This document shows positions 20,903-30,242 of a DNA stretch of 64,000 nt, piece after piece. The notes below the pieces were generated by a model. The model was given only the letters and a program-made list of their open reading frames with translations, was not told where the DNA came from and made no database searches. The stretch lies in NCBI GenBank assembly GCA_002786915.1, contig PCUV01000104.1:8934-72933 (forward strand). Direction: 5' to 3'. The stretch's first letter is position 1. Every line of letters starts with the position of its first letter. Both the position numbers and the translations under genes were made by a program. The stretch comes from Comamonadaceae bacterium CG12_big_fil_rev_8_21_14_0_65_59_15 (lineage in GTDB: Bacteria > Pseudomonadota > Gammaproteobacteria > Burkholderiales > Burkholderiaceae_C).

Positions 20903-22018
20903 ATGACCACTACAACGCAAACAACTGTCTTCCAGCCCATTGCAGCCCGCCCGGCACCGGTCAACACGGAAGGCGCTTTGGCCTGGATCAGGGCCAACTT
21001 GTTTGGTGACTGGAAAACGTCACTGGCAACGATTGTCATCGGCGCGGTGCTGCTGCGACTGTTGCCGGGTCTCGTCGATTGGGCTTTTTTAAGCGCCGTC
21101 TGGCAACCCAGCTTTGACGCGTGCCGCGCAGATGGTGCGGGTGCCTGCTGGGGTGTCATCGTTGAAAAATACCGCGTCATCATCTTTGGCCGCTACCCGT
21201 TTGAGGAGCAATGGCGACCGCTGGTGGCGACCGCGTTGCTAATTGCCTTGCTGGTGGCGAGTTGCATCCGGTATTTCTGGAAAGCCTGGCTGCCCGTGTT
21301 GTGGGTCGTCGTTCTGGGACTCTTCTTTGCCCTCATGTATGGCAATGTGGCGGGCTTGAGCCAAGTGGACACCGACCGCTGGGGCGGGTTGCCACTGACC
21401 ATTCTGCTGGCGTCGCTGTCGCTGGTGGCGTCGTTTCCGATTGCCTTGCTGGTGGCGTTGGGGCGGCGTTCCAACCTGCCGGCCATCAAGACGTTTTGCA
21501 CCATTTACGTCGAACTGATCCGTGGCGTGCCGCTGATCTCGGTGCTGTTCATGGCGTCTTTCATGTTCCCGCTGTTCATGCCACCAGGCGTCAAGATTGA
21601 CGTGTTGCTGCGTGTGCTGGTGGGCATCACCCTGTTTGCTGCCGCGTATTCGGCCGAAGTGATTCGCGGTGGCTTGCAGGCGGTGCCCAAAGGCCAGGTG
21701 GAGGCAGCCGCCACGCTGGGCCTGACCTATTGGCAAACGCAACGCAAGATCGTGCTGCCCCAGGCGCTGGCCATGGTGGTACCGGGCATCATGAACAACT
21801 TCATCAGCACCTTCAAAGACACCTCGCTGGTCACCATCGTCAGTCTGTATGAGCTGATGGGTGCCATGAGCCTCGCGCTCAATTCCGATGCCGACTGGCG
21901 TCCCTTCACCATTGAAGGCTACATCTTCATTGCGCTGATTTACTTTGTGTTCTGCTTTTCCATGTCGCGCTACAGCCACTGGGTTGAGAAGCAGGTGAAC
22001 AAGAGCAAATTGCGATAA
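20903..22018 (+). CDS. aapM: Amino acid ABC transporter permease
   Basis: WGGLPLT, RGVPLISVLFM, EVIRGGLQAVPKGQ.EAA. Confidence 0.92.
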   Translation: MTTTTQTTVFQPIAARPAPVNTEGALAWIRANLFGDWKTSLATIVIGAVLLRLLPGLVDWAFLSAVWQPSFDACRADGAGACWGVIVEKYRVIIFGRYPFEEQWRPLVATALLIALLVASCIRYFWKAWLPVLWVVVLGLFFALMYGNVAGLSQVDTDRWGGLPLTILLASLSLVASFPIALLVALGRRSNLPAIKTFCTIYVELIRGVPLISVLFMASFMFPLFMPPGVKIDVLLRVLVGITLFAAAYSAEVIRGGLQAVPKGQVEAAATLGLTYWQTQRKIVLPQALAMVVPGIMNNFISTFKDTSLVTIVSLYELMGAMSLALNSDADWRPFTIEGYIFIALIYFVFCFSMSRYSHWVEKQVNKSKLR

Positions 22019-22019
22019 C

Positions 22020-22184
22020 TTGCGGGACAGACCAATAAACTTTTAATTTGCGGGACAGACCAACATTTGCGCAGCAAATTTGCTCTGTCCCCAACACTTG
22101 AAGATTTGCTCTGTCCTCAACTGATTAAAACTTGCGGGACAGATCAGAAACAATTTTTGAATTTGCACTGTCCCCAACTGATTA
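22020..22184. repeat. Cluster of six short GGGACAG/CTGTCCC-core repeats
   Basis: TTGCGGGACAGA at 22020, 22048 and 22132; reverse-type ATTTGC(T/A)CTGTCC(C/T)CAAC at about 22078, 22104 and 22161. Confidence 0.85.
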
Positions 22185-22200
22185 GAAACTGGAATCAATC

Positions 22201-22956
22201 ATGGCAGAGACTTCCCCCTCCCCCATCATCACGTTTGACAAAGTCAACAAGTGGTACGGCAACAACTTTCACGTGTTGCGCGACATTGACCTGAGCGTGG
22301 CCAAAGGCGAACGCATCGTCATTTGCGGCCCATCAGGCTCGGGCAAGTCCACGCTGATTCGCTGCATCAACCGTCTTGAAGAACACCAGCAAGGCCACCT
22401 GACCGTCGATGGCACTGAACTGACCGACGACGTCAAAGCGATTGACCGGGTGCGCAAAGAAGTGGGCATGGTGTTCCAACAGTTCAACCTTTTCCCGCAC
22501 CTGACGGTGCTGGAAAACCTGACGCTGTCGCCCATGTGGGTGGGCAAGATGCCCAAAAAAGAAGCCGAAGAAAAAGCCATGGCGCAGTTGCAGCGCGTGC
22601 GCATTGCCGAGCAGGCGGGCAAATACCCGCTGCAACTCTCCGGCGGCCAGCAGCAACGCGTGGCGATTGCACGCGCGTTGTGCCTCAAGCCAAAGATTAT
22701 GCTGTTTGACGAGCCCACCAGCGCGCTCGACCCCGAGATGATCAAGGAAGTGCTCGACGTAATGATTGCCATGGCCGACGAGGGCATCACCATGTTGTGC
22801 GTGACGCACGAAATGGGCTTTGCCAAAGCGGTGGCCGACCGCGTGATCTTTATGGACCAGGGTCAGATCGTCGAGCAAAACAACCCGCACGACTTCTTCA
22901 ACAACCCGCAGAGCGAGCGCAGCAAAGATTTTTTATCGAAGATTCTGGGGCATTGA
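22201..22956 (+). CDS. aapP: Amino acid ABC transporter ATP-binding protein
   Basis: [30 protein letters not shown]. Confidence 0.95.
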   Translation: MAETSPSPIITFDKVNKWYGNNFHVLRDIDLSVAKGERIVICGPSGSGKSTLIRCINRLEEHQQGHLTVDGTELTDDVKAIDRVRKEVGMVFQQFNLFPHLTVLENLTLSPMWVGKMPKKEAEEKAMAQLQRVRIAEQAGKYPLQLSGGQQQRVAIARALCLKPKIMLFDEPTSALDPEMIKEVLDVMIAMADEGITMLCVTHEMGFAKAVADRVIFMDQGQIVEQNNPHDFFNNPQSERSKDFLSKILGH

Positions 22957-23009
22957 GCGGACACACCTGTAGATCGTAGGCGTGTCGGGCTGTTGCATCA
23001 AAGCAGCCA

Positions 23010-23714
23010 TCAATAGCCCCCAGAACCGCCACCGCGCCGAAAATATCGGCCATAAAACGGCGGCCAGCGCCCTACCAGGCCTTCAAGCATTGTCAGCTCG
23101 TCGTCCGAGTGATTGATGACACTTGCAGGCACCATCATCTTGGGCATATTTGCTTTGTTGTAGATGTAATACGGGCGATCGTGGTGGATCGTGCTGTAGC
23201 TTGTACGCTCTTGGGGTGCGGCCGTTGGTATCAGCTCGACGCTGCCGTAACACAGACAAAAATAGGTTCGTGCAGTCTCACCGCTGCCCTCGTCTTCGAT
23301 GTAACAACCTGTTCCACGGATGCCAAGGGTTGCTGTGGATACATGCACTGTGCGCTGTTGCTTGCTTTTACCAAACACCGACAGCACCCTGCCGGTGATT
23401 ACCCGAAACAAACTCTTCACCGCATCTTCACCAAACACCAACGTCGTTTGATCCCGCTGCAAGAAAGCATCCTGACCGACAACGTATATTGCTTCACTAT
23501 CGACGCCGGTCTTGACCGTATCCCCAGGCCCGATCAATTGCCCTGGGTGCGCGGATTTACCATTAACTGTCACTTCACCGCGCAGCCTGTGCATACCAGG
23601 TGCAACCGGTACCTTACCCATCGCCAGCGCCTGACTGATAAAACCTGAAATGCCAGCCGGTCCAAACACACCGGCCGCTGCCAACAGCTTCAAACATCCA
23701 CGACGTAGTTGCAT
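23010..23714 (-). CDS. FecR-domain exported protein with Tat-like signal
   Basis: MQLRRGCLKLLAAAG, GD.VKTG.DS, TATLGIRGTG. Confidence 0.75.
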   Translation of the reverse strand: MQLRRGCLKLLAAAGVFGPAGISGFISQALAMGKVPVAPGMHRLRGEVTVNGKSAHPGQLIGPGDTVKTGVDSEAIYVVGQDAFLQRDQTTLVFGEDAVKSLFRVITGRVLSVFGKSKQQRTVHVSTATLGIRGTGCYIEDEGSGETARTYFCLCYGSVELIPTAAPQERTSYSTIHHDRPYYIYNKANMPKMMVPASVINHSDDELTMLEGLVGRWPPFYGRYFRRGGGSGGY

Positions 23715-23801
23715 AAAAATCTCCTGGAGGTTGAAAAGACTGATCGGTGATAGCTGTGACGACAAACCCTTCACGCTGCAACTCACCATGGCACCAACGG
23801 T

Positions 23802-25244
23802 CTAACTCCCCGCCACCTTCATCTTGCCAATCAGCACCGAACCAACGGTCTTGGCACCATAGGCATAAGCGTCGGCACCCACGGCCACAATGTCCTTGAA
23901 CATGGTTTTTAGGTTACCCGCAATGGTAATTTCTTGCACCGGGAACGCAATGCGGCCGTTTTTTACCCAGAAGCCACTGGCCCCACGGGAGTAGTCGCCC
24001 GTGACCGGATTGGTGCCACTGCCCATCAGCTCGGTCACAAACAAGCCCGTGCCCAAACGTTGCAGCATGGCGTCCAGATCGTCGCCCGGGCGTGTCAGGC
24101 GCGAGGTCAGCGTCAGGTTGTGCGAGCCTCCCGCGTTGCCGGTGGTCTTCATGCCGAGTTTGCGCGCCGAATAGCTGCCCAGAAAGTAGCCCTGCACGCG
24201 CCCTGCCTCAACCACACTGCGTGCCTGCACACGCACGCCCTCGTCGTCAAACGGCGAACTGCCTTTGCCACGTTTGACAAACGGGTCTTCCAGAATATCA
24301 ATGTGCTTGGCAAACACCGGCTTGCCCAGGCAATCCAGTAAAAAAGAACTTTTGCGGTACAGCGCACCGCCACTGACCGCCTGCACAAAACTGCCCAGCA
24401 AACCTGCCGCCACAGGGGATTCGAACAACACCGCGCATTCGGTGGTGGCGATCTTGCGCGCATTCAGTCGGCTCAGCGCCCGCTTGGCAGCGTAGCGCCC
24501 AATGGCCTGGGGCGTTGCCAGATCGGCCGCGTCACGCTCGGAGCTGTACCAATAGTCACGCTGCATGGCGTCGCCCTTGCCTGCAATGGGCGAGACCGAC
24601 ACCGAATGGCGCGAGCTGGCGTAGCCACCCCGAAAGCCGTGCGTGTGCGCGCTGACAAAATGCGACTGCTGGGCCGACACGCTGGCGCCTTCGCTGTTGG
24701 TGATGCGCTTGTCCACCCGCAACGCAGCGCGCTCGGTCTGTAGCGCCAGATCAATCGCCTGATCGCTGGTAATGGCCCACGGAAAAAACAGCTCCAGATC
24801 GGTGCGCTGCTCCTGCGCCTGCGCAATATCGGTGGCGTCGGGCAGCGCTGCAAACGGGTCTTCAGCGGTAAAGCGGGCAATGTCAAACGCTGCCTGCACC
24901 GTTTGTTCGATCGCAGCCTGAGAAAAATCTGAGGTGCTGGCGTTGCCGCGGCGCTGCCCCAGATGCACCGTGACGCCCAGCGACTTGTCGCGGTTGCGCT
25001 CAATGTTTTCCAGCTCGCCCTTGCGCACTGACACGCTCAGGCCGCAGCCTTCACTGGCATGCGCCACGCAATCTGTAGCGCCCAGTTTTTTGGCGTGCAC
25101 CATGGCCTGGTCCACCAGGCTTTCAAAAAAGGCACGGCTGTAGGCAAAGCCGTCACCAGTTCTGGCCGCAGATGTGGAAGCTTGGGTGGGTTTTCGTTGC
25201 GCAGTTGAATGCGCGGCGCGCGTTTTCGGTGTGGGTGTGTTCAT
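23802..25244 (-). CDS. pmbA: Metalloprotease PmbA (TldE)
   Basis: GNASTSDFS, NSEGA, SPFDDEGV, GDYSRGASGFW, QEITIAGNL. Confidence 0.95.
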   Translation of the reverse strand: MNTPTPKTRAAHSTAQRKPTQASTSAARTGDGFAYSRAFFESLVDQAMVHAKKLGATDCVAHASEGCGLSVSVRKGELENIERNRDKSLGVTVHLGQRRGNASTSDFSQAAIEQTVQAAFDIARFTAEDPFAALPDATDIAQAQEQRTDLELFFPWAITSDQAIDLALQTERAALRVDKRITNSEGASVSAQQSHFVSAHTHGFRGGYASSRHSVSVSPIAGKGDAMQRDYWYSSERDAADLATPQAIGRYAAKRALSRLNARKIATTECAVLFESPVAAGLLGSFVQAVSGGALYRKSSFLLDCLGKPVFAKHIDILEDPFVKRGKGSSPFDDEGVRVQARSVVEAGRVQGYFLGSYSARKLGMKTTGNAGGSHNLTLTSRLTRPGDDLDAMLQRLGTGLFVTELMGSGTNPVTGDYSRGASGFWVKNGRIAFPVQEITIAGNLKTMFKDIVAVGADAYAYGAKTVGSVLIGKMKVAGS

Positions 25245-25261
25245 AGCGGCGGCTATGATAC

Positions 25262-25921
25262 TTGGCTATGGCAAAAAAACTGAAAAAAGGCTACTTCGTG
25301 CGCGGTGAGTTTGTAGCAGAAGGCAGCGAACGCGACCTGGAGCTCAAGGCCGAACTCAAGGGCACCGACGAGGCAAGCCGCACCGACCTCAAACGCGAAA
25401 GCGACGCGCTGCAAAAGCTGGGCGAGGCCTTGCTGACCCTGCGCGGCGATTTGCTGGACAAGCTGGGCCTGTCCGACAAGCTGCTCGATGCCATTGCGGA
25501 TGCCAAGCGCATCACCAATTTTGAGGGCAAGCGCCGCCAGATGCAGTTCATCGGCAAGCTCATGCGCAAGCTCGAAGCTGAAGAAGTGGATGCGGTGCGC
25601 GCCGCGCTGGACGAGCAGGCCAACGGCTCGGCCGCCGAAAATCTGGCGCTGCACGAGGCGGAACTGTGGCGCGACCGGCTGATTGCCGAAGACGACGCAG
25701 CGGGTCTGTGGATTGCCCAGCATCCCCGCACCGACACGCAACAATTGCGCGCCCTGATCCGCCAAGCCCGCAAAGACGCCGTGCCCGAAAAGCCCGGTGC
25801 TGCCGTGCGCCACGGCCGCGCCTACCGCGACATTTTTCAGCTGGTGCGCAACGGCCTGAGCGACAGGCCGGAGCCGGACCTGCTACCGCCTTCTTTCAAC
25901 ATCAGTCACGAAGCATCATGA
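25262..25921 (+). CDS. yjgA: Ribosome biogenesis factor YjgA (DUF615)
   Basis: SRTDLKRE..ALQKLG, KRRQMQFIGKLMR, D.QQLRALIRQAR, RAYR.IFQ; divergent from pmbA. Confidence 0.92.
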   Translation: MAMAKKLKKGYFVRGEFVAEGSERDLELKAELKGTDEASRTDLKRESDALQKLGEALLTLRGDLLDKLGLSDKLLDAIADAKRITNFEGKRRQMQFIGKLMRKLEAEEVDAVRAALDEQANGSAAENLALHEAELWRDRLIAEDDAAGLWIAQHPRTDTQQLRALIRQARKDAVPEKPGAAVRHGRAYRDIFQLVRNGLSDRPEPDLLPPSFNISHEAS

Positions 25922-26520
25922 GCACGTCCAACCCCTACCCGCCCATCAAGATCGGCATCGTCTCGGTGAGCGACCGCGCCAGCGCCGGCATCTACGAAGA
26001 CAAAGGCCTACCCGCGCTGCAAGCGTGGCTGACACGTGCGCTCAAAAACCCGTTGCAGTTTGAACCGCGCCTGATTCCCGACGAGCAGGCCACCATTGAA
26101 GCCACGCTAATCGAGCTGGTGGATGCGGCGCACTGCGCGCTGGTGCTCACCACCGGCGGCACCGGCCCGGCCCTGCGCGACGTGACGCCTGAGGCCACGC
26201 TGGCGGTGGCGCACAAAGAGATGCCCGGTTTTGGTGAGCAGATGCGCCAGATCGGCCTGCGGTTTGTGCCCACCGCCATCCTGTCGCGCCAGGTGGCGGT
26301 GATCCGGGCGCAGAGCCTGATCATCAACCTGCCGGGTCAACCCAAGTCGATTGCCGAAACGCTGGAAGGACTGCGTGACGCCGATGGCAAGTCGGTGGTA
26401 CCCGGCATTTTTGCCGCCGTGCCGTATTGCATTGACTTGATTGGCGGGCCGTATCTGGAAGCCGATGAGGCGGTATGCAAGGCCTTCCGGCCCAAGGCAG
26501 CGGTACGGACTTATACATAA
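25918..26520 (+). CDS. mog: Molybdopterin adenylyltransferase
   Basis: VSDRASAG.YED, TTGGTGPA.RDVTPEAT, PTAILSRQ, NLPGQPKSI. Confidence 0.95.
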   Translation: MSTSNPYPPIKIGIVSVSDRASAGIYEDKGLPALQAWLTRALKNPLQFEPRLIPDEQATIEATLIELVDAAHCALVLTTGGTGPALRDVTPEATLAVAHKEMPGFGEQMRQIGLRFVPTAILSRQVAVIRAQSLIINLPGQPKSIAETLEGLRDADGKSVVPGIFAAVPYCIDLIGGPYLEADEAVCKAFRPKAAVRTYT

Positions 26521-26575
26521 GAAATATGCCTCTAGCCCTTATTGAATAAGGGCAAGCAGCTCTTATAAAGAGAGT
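26515..26575 (-). repeat. ~60-bp fixed-spacing motif at the mog stop
   Basis: Reverse strand AGAGCT-N17-AAGGGCTAGAGGCATATTT. Confidence 0.8.
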
Positions 26576-26621
26576 ATTTCTCTGCTTCTTACTGCGGTGA
26601 GTCGCTTCAAAATGAAGCTTG

Positions 26622-26912
26622 CTACACCAGCCTGCCTGCCAGATGCAACGAAGCCCGTAATGTGTCGTTAATGCGAGTTTGCCAACCGTCACCGGTAGCG
26701 CGCAGGGCAGCCAGTACATCGGTATCAAGACGGATTTTGATCGGCTCTTTGGTGACCGCCTGCACGCTTCCCGCCGGACGACCACGGCGGCGCGCCACGA
26801 TCACCTCTGGCGTATGCACAGAGGCAAACTCGCCGCGCTTGGCTTGGCGGATTGATTCAGCCACATCATTGGCAAACACAAGCATTTCAGCGTCCATCTT
26901 CACATCAGGCAT
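26622..26912 (-). CDS. Antitoxin with BrnA-like RHH C-terminus
   Basis: RGRP...TKEPIKIRLDTDVLAALRATGDGWQTRIND.LR. Confidence 0.85.
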   Translation of the reverse strand: MPDVKMDAEMLVFANDVAESIRQAKRGEFASVHTPEVIVARRRGRPAGSVQAVTKEPIKIRLDTDVLAALRATGDGWQTRINDTLRASLHLAGRLV

Positions 26913-27216
26913 CGCAAGCATCCTTCCACATTTTCAAAATTCCAAGAGGCATGTTGTCATACTTGGCCTTGGCATAAGTAGCCACCAAAACCACCACGCC
27001 ACTGGCAAGACGGTTGTAATAAATGACCCTTGCACCACCACGTTTGCCCATACCAGCACGCGACCAGCGCACCTTGCGCAAGTCCCCCGCTCCCGGAATC
27101 ACATCACCTGCCAGAGGTGTCGCGCTGATGAATGTGATGAACTCATCCAATTCAGCCTGGCCCATCACATCACGCCTCATACGTTGGAATATCGGGGTTT
27201 CAACGACCGTGAGCAT
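26905..27216 (-). CDS. RelE/HigB-like type II toxin
   Basis: MLTVVETP.F, P.AGDVIPG.G.LRKVRW...G.GKRGGARVIYY. Confidence 0.88.
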   Translation of the reverse strand: MLTVVETPIFQRMRRDVMGQAELDEFITFISATPLAGDVIPGAGDLRKVRWSRAGMGKRGGARVIYYNRLASGVVVLVATYAKAKYDNMPLGILKMWKDACDA

Positions 27217-27217
27217 G

Positions 27218-27241
27218 ATTTAATTGTAAACCCAATTAAAT
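27218..27241. promoter_or_regulatory. Putative TA operator palindrome
   Basis: Perfect ATTTAATTG-N6-CAATTAAAT immediately upstream of the toxin start. Confidence 0.7.
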
Positions 27242-27355
27242 GAATTAAAGGTAGATTTCTGAACCATGCGGTCATTGAAAAGCACATCATCTGCAACTGC
27301 ACGCTGAAAAGCCGTTCATGTTTTTTTTGGCAACAAGTCTGGCGCAACCTCTCGG

Positions 27356-27520
27356 CTACTGGTTCTGTTTGAGCCGCTGCTTTTCTTTTTCGACGTGCTT
27401 TGAGTAAAAGTAAACCACCAACGGCTTGACGCTGAACATGAAAGCAAAAAAGAGCAAACCCAGCGAAAAACCGACCAGCGGATGGTCGCGCAACAAATTG
27501 ATAAAGCCGATCACGCTCAT
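27356..27520 (-). CDS. Small (54 aa) single-pass membrane protein, below the ORF-track cutoff
   Basis: MSVIGFINLLRDHPLVGFSLGLLFFAFMFSVKPLVVYFYSKHVEKEKQRLKQNQ; AAGGA 6 nt before ATG. Confidence 0.55.
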   Translation of the reverse strand: MSVIGFINLLRDHPLVGFSLGLLFFAFMFSVKPLVVYFYSKHVEKEKQRLKQNQ

Positions 27521-27572
27521 CGCCATTCCTTTTTCATCGGCAAACAGGTGCTGACAACCTGTTCCACCAAAG

Positions 27573-28346
27573 TTACTTTCCTACCAGCTGATTGAGTTTG
27601 TCGGCCTCAAAGTGTTCTTGCCGCGCGGCGTCTTGCGGCACGATCGACACCACCTGGCGCGGGCAGTTGAGCTGTTCGATGGCTTTCCAGATCATGGCGA
27701 TCTGGTGCTCTTGGGTGGCGGCACTGTCAATCAGCCCGCGCATGGCCTGGCTTAGTGGGTCGTCGTTTTGTGTCACGCCGTAGGCTGAAAACCCCATCTT
27801 GGCCGCCACTTCTTCGCGCTTGACGTCCTGCTCGGCCTGGATGATGCGCGCCGGGTTGCCTACCGCTGTGGCCCCTGCGGGCACCGGTTTGGTGACCACC
27901 GCGTTGGAACCCACCTTGGCGCCGTCGCCCACGCTAAAGCCGCCCAGCACTTGCGCGCCCGCACCCACCACCACGCCTTTGCCCAGCGTGGGGTGGCGCT
28001 TGGTGCCCTTGTAGAGCGACGTGCCGCCCAACGTCACGCCCTGGTAAATGGTGCAGTCGTCGCCAATTTCAGCGGTTTCACCCACCACCACACCCATGGC
28101 GTGGTCAAAAAACACGCGCTCACCAATGCGCGCGCCCGGGTGAATTTCGATACCAGTCAGAAAGCGTGCCAGGTGCGAGGTAAAACGCCCCAGCCATTTC
28201 AGCCCGTGCGTCCAGAACCAGTGCGCGGGCCGGTGCAGGATGACCGCGTGCAGACCAGGGTAGCAGGTCAGCACCTCCCAGGTGCTGCGCGCGGCGGGGT
28301 CGCGCTCCAGAATGCATTGAACGTCGGCTCGGATGCTTGAAAACAT
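27573..28346 (-). CDS. cysE: Serine O-acetyltransferase
   Basis: RDPAARS, YPGLHA, TGIEIHPGA, DHAMG, GVTLGGT..KRHPT. Confidence 0.96.
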   Translation of the reverse strand: MFSSIRADVQCILERDPAARSTWEVLTCYPGLHAVILHRPAHWFWTHGLKWLGRFTSHLARFLTGIEIHPGARIGERVFFDHAMGVVVGETAEIGDDCTIYQGVTLGGTSLYKGTKRHPTLGKGVVVGAGAQVLGGFSVGDGAKVGSNAVVTKPVPAGATAVGNPARIIQAEQDVKREEVAAKMGFSAYGVTQNDDPLSQAMRGLIDSAATQEHQIAMIWKAIEQLNCPRQVVSIVPQDAARQEHFEADKLNQLVGK

Positions 28347-28392
28347 AGGGGGCAAGTCTAGCGAGGTTGAATCGATATCAGTGCCAAACGGG

Positions 28393-29163
28393 TCATGCGC
28401 CAGGCCCAGTGGCCTTGAGCATCATCTTGGCCACACCGCGCAGAATGTGGATTTCTTCCTGCGTGACCTGGGCACGGTTGAACAGCGCGTTCAGCCGCGG
28501 CATCAGTTTTTTGGGCGCCTGCGGGTCCAGAAAGCGGATATGCACCAGCGCCTGCTCCAGGTGCGCCAGCATCCCGGCCACCTGCGCTGCATCGGCCAGC
28601 ACGGCGTCACCGGTGGCCGCCTGCACCGGGTAGGCCGCCAGCGCGCAGCGCCAGTCGTAGGCAATCACCTGCACCGCGGCACCCAGGTTGAGCGAGCCAA
28701 ACTGCGGGTTGCTGGGAATGCTCAGACACACGTGGCAGCGATAGACGTCTTCGTTGCGCATGCCAAAGCGCTCGGAACCAAACAAAAACGCGATCCCGGA
28801 AATAGCAGAATTTTCGGCCTCCAGCTTTTGCCCGGAATGCAGCAATAGCTCTTTTTTCAGAAGCATTTCAAAGTGCTGGCGTGGTGTCGTGGTGGGTGGA
28901 CCGAAGTCGCGTGGCGTCATGGCCGTGGCGCACAGGTGCGTCATGCCGTGCAGCGCCTCGTCGAGCGTATCGACAATGCGAGCGTTTTTCAGCACGTCGG
29001 TGGCGCCGCTGGCGCGCTGGATGGTTTCTTCGCGGCGCAACACGTTGGGCCAGCGCGGTGCCACCAGCACCAGGTCGTCAAAACCCATGGTTTTCATGGC
29101 CCGCGCCACGGCCCCGACGTTGCCCGCCGAGCTGGTGTTGATCAGGATAAAGCGGGTCTGCAT
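28393..29163 (-). CDS. trmJ: tRNA (cytidine/uridine-2'-O)-methyltransferase TrmJ family
   Basis: [36 protein letters not shown]; internal repeat-encoded segment. Confidence 0.92.
   Translation of the reverse strand: MQTRFILINTSSAGNVGAVARAMKTMGFDDLVLVAPRWPNVLRREETIQRASGATDVLKNARIVDTLDEALHGMTHLCATAMTPRDFGPPTTTPRQHFEMLLKKELLLHSGQKLEAENSAISGIAFLFGSERFGMRNEDVYRCHVCLSIPSNPQFGSLNLGAAVQVIAYDWRCALAAYPVQAATGDAVLADAAQVAGMLAHLEQALVHIRFLDPQAPKKLMPRLNALFNRAQVTQEEIHILRGVAKMMLKATGPGA
28800..28867 (-). repeat. ~60-bp fixed-spacing motif, copy inside trmJ
   Basis: Reverse strand TGCTTC-N7-AGAGCT-N17-AAAAGCTGGAGGCCGAAAAT; encodes [20 protein letters not shown]. Confidence 0.75.
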
Positions 29164-29288
29164 GGGCGGCCGTTAAAATGACACTATTGTCGCCGAGCCC
29201 ATTGACGCTTGACGCTGTTGCTCCTGACACCGCCCTTTCCACTCGACGCAGGTCCGCCCCGGCTGGCCTGCCCACCTGTAAACCAACC

Positions 29289-30137
29289 ATGACCTCCCCC
29301 AATCTGCACCCAATGATCAATGTGGCCGTGAAGGCCGCGCGCGCTGCGGGCAACCTGATCAACCGTGCCGCACTCGACGTTGAATCAGTGCGCGTGTCGC
29401 AAAAGCAAGCCAATGATTTTGTCACCGAGGTGGACCAGGCTGCGGAAAGCGCCATCATCGAAACGCTGCTAACAGCCTACCCCGGGCACGCCATCTGGGC
29501 CGAAGAATCGGGCCGCGAGCACGGCGCGCAAGACTCCGAGTTTGTCTGGATCATCGACCCGCTGGACGGTACCACCAACTTCATCCACGGTCTGCCGATT
29601 TACTGCGTCAGCATCGCATTGGCGGTCAAAGGCAAGATTGAGCAAGCCGTGGTGTACGACCCCACGCGCAACGACCTGTTTACCGCCACCAAAGGGCGCG
29701 GCGCTTACATGAACAACCGGCGTCTGCGCGTGGCCAAACGCACGCGGTTGCAAGAGTGTCTGATTTCTACCGGTTTCCCTTACCGGGTGGACGACGACAT
29801 CAACCACTATTTGCGCATGATGGGCGACATCCTGCCGCGCACCGCCGGACTGCGCCGCCCGGGGGCCGCCGCGCTGGACCTGGCTTATTTGGCTGCGGGT
29901 TTTACCGACGGTTTTTTTGAGCTTGGGCTACAGCCCTGGGACGTGGCTGCGGGCTCGCTGCTGATCACCGAAGCCGGGGGGCTGGTGGGCAATCTGTCAG
30001 GAGACTCTGACTTTCTGGAGCAGCGCGAATGCCTGGCCGCCAACCCGCGCATCTATGGCCAAATGGTCGCGCTGCTGGGCAAATACAGCAAATTTGCCAG
30101 CGCTACTGACAAAGCCAGTGTGCAAGCTTTGACTTAA
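29289..30137 (+). CDS. suhB: Inositol monophosphatase SuhB
   Basis: [36 protein letters not shown]. Confidence 0.96.
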   Translation: MTSPNLHPMINVAVKAARAAGNLINRAALDVESVRVSQKQANDFVTEVDQAAESAIIETLLTAYPGHAIWAEESGREHGAQDSEFVWIIDPLDGTTNFIHGLPIYCVSIALAVKGKIEQAVVYDPTRNDLFTATKGRGAYMNNRRLRVAKRTRLQECLISTGFPYRVDDDINHYLRMMGDILPRTAGLRRPGAAALDLAYLAAGFTDGFFELGLQPWDVAAGSLLITEAGGLVGNLSGDSDFLEQRECLAANPRIYGQMVALLGKYSKFASATDKASVQALT

Positions 30138-30242
30138 CGCATCTTTTGTCGTCAGCTGCCAGCGTACGATGCCATCGGCGTCACCAACCTGCGCCACCAA
30201 CAAGCGCGCCATGTCGCCGCGCCTTTGATCAAGGGGAACATC

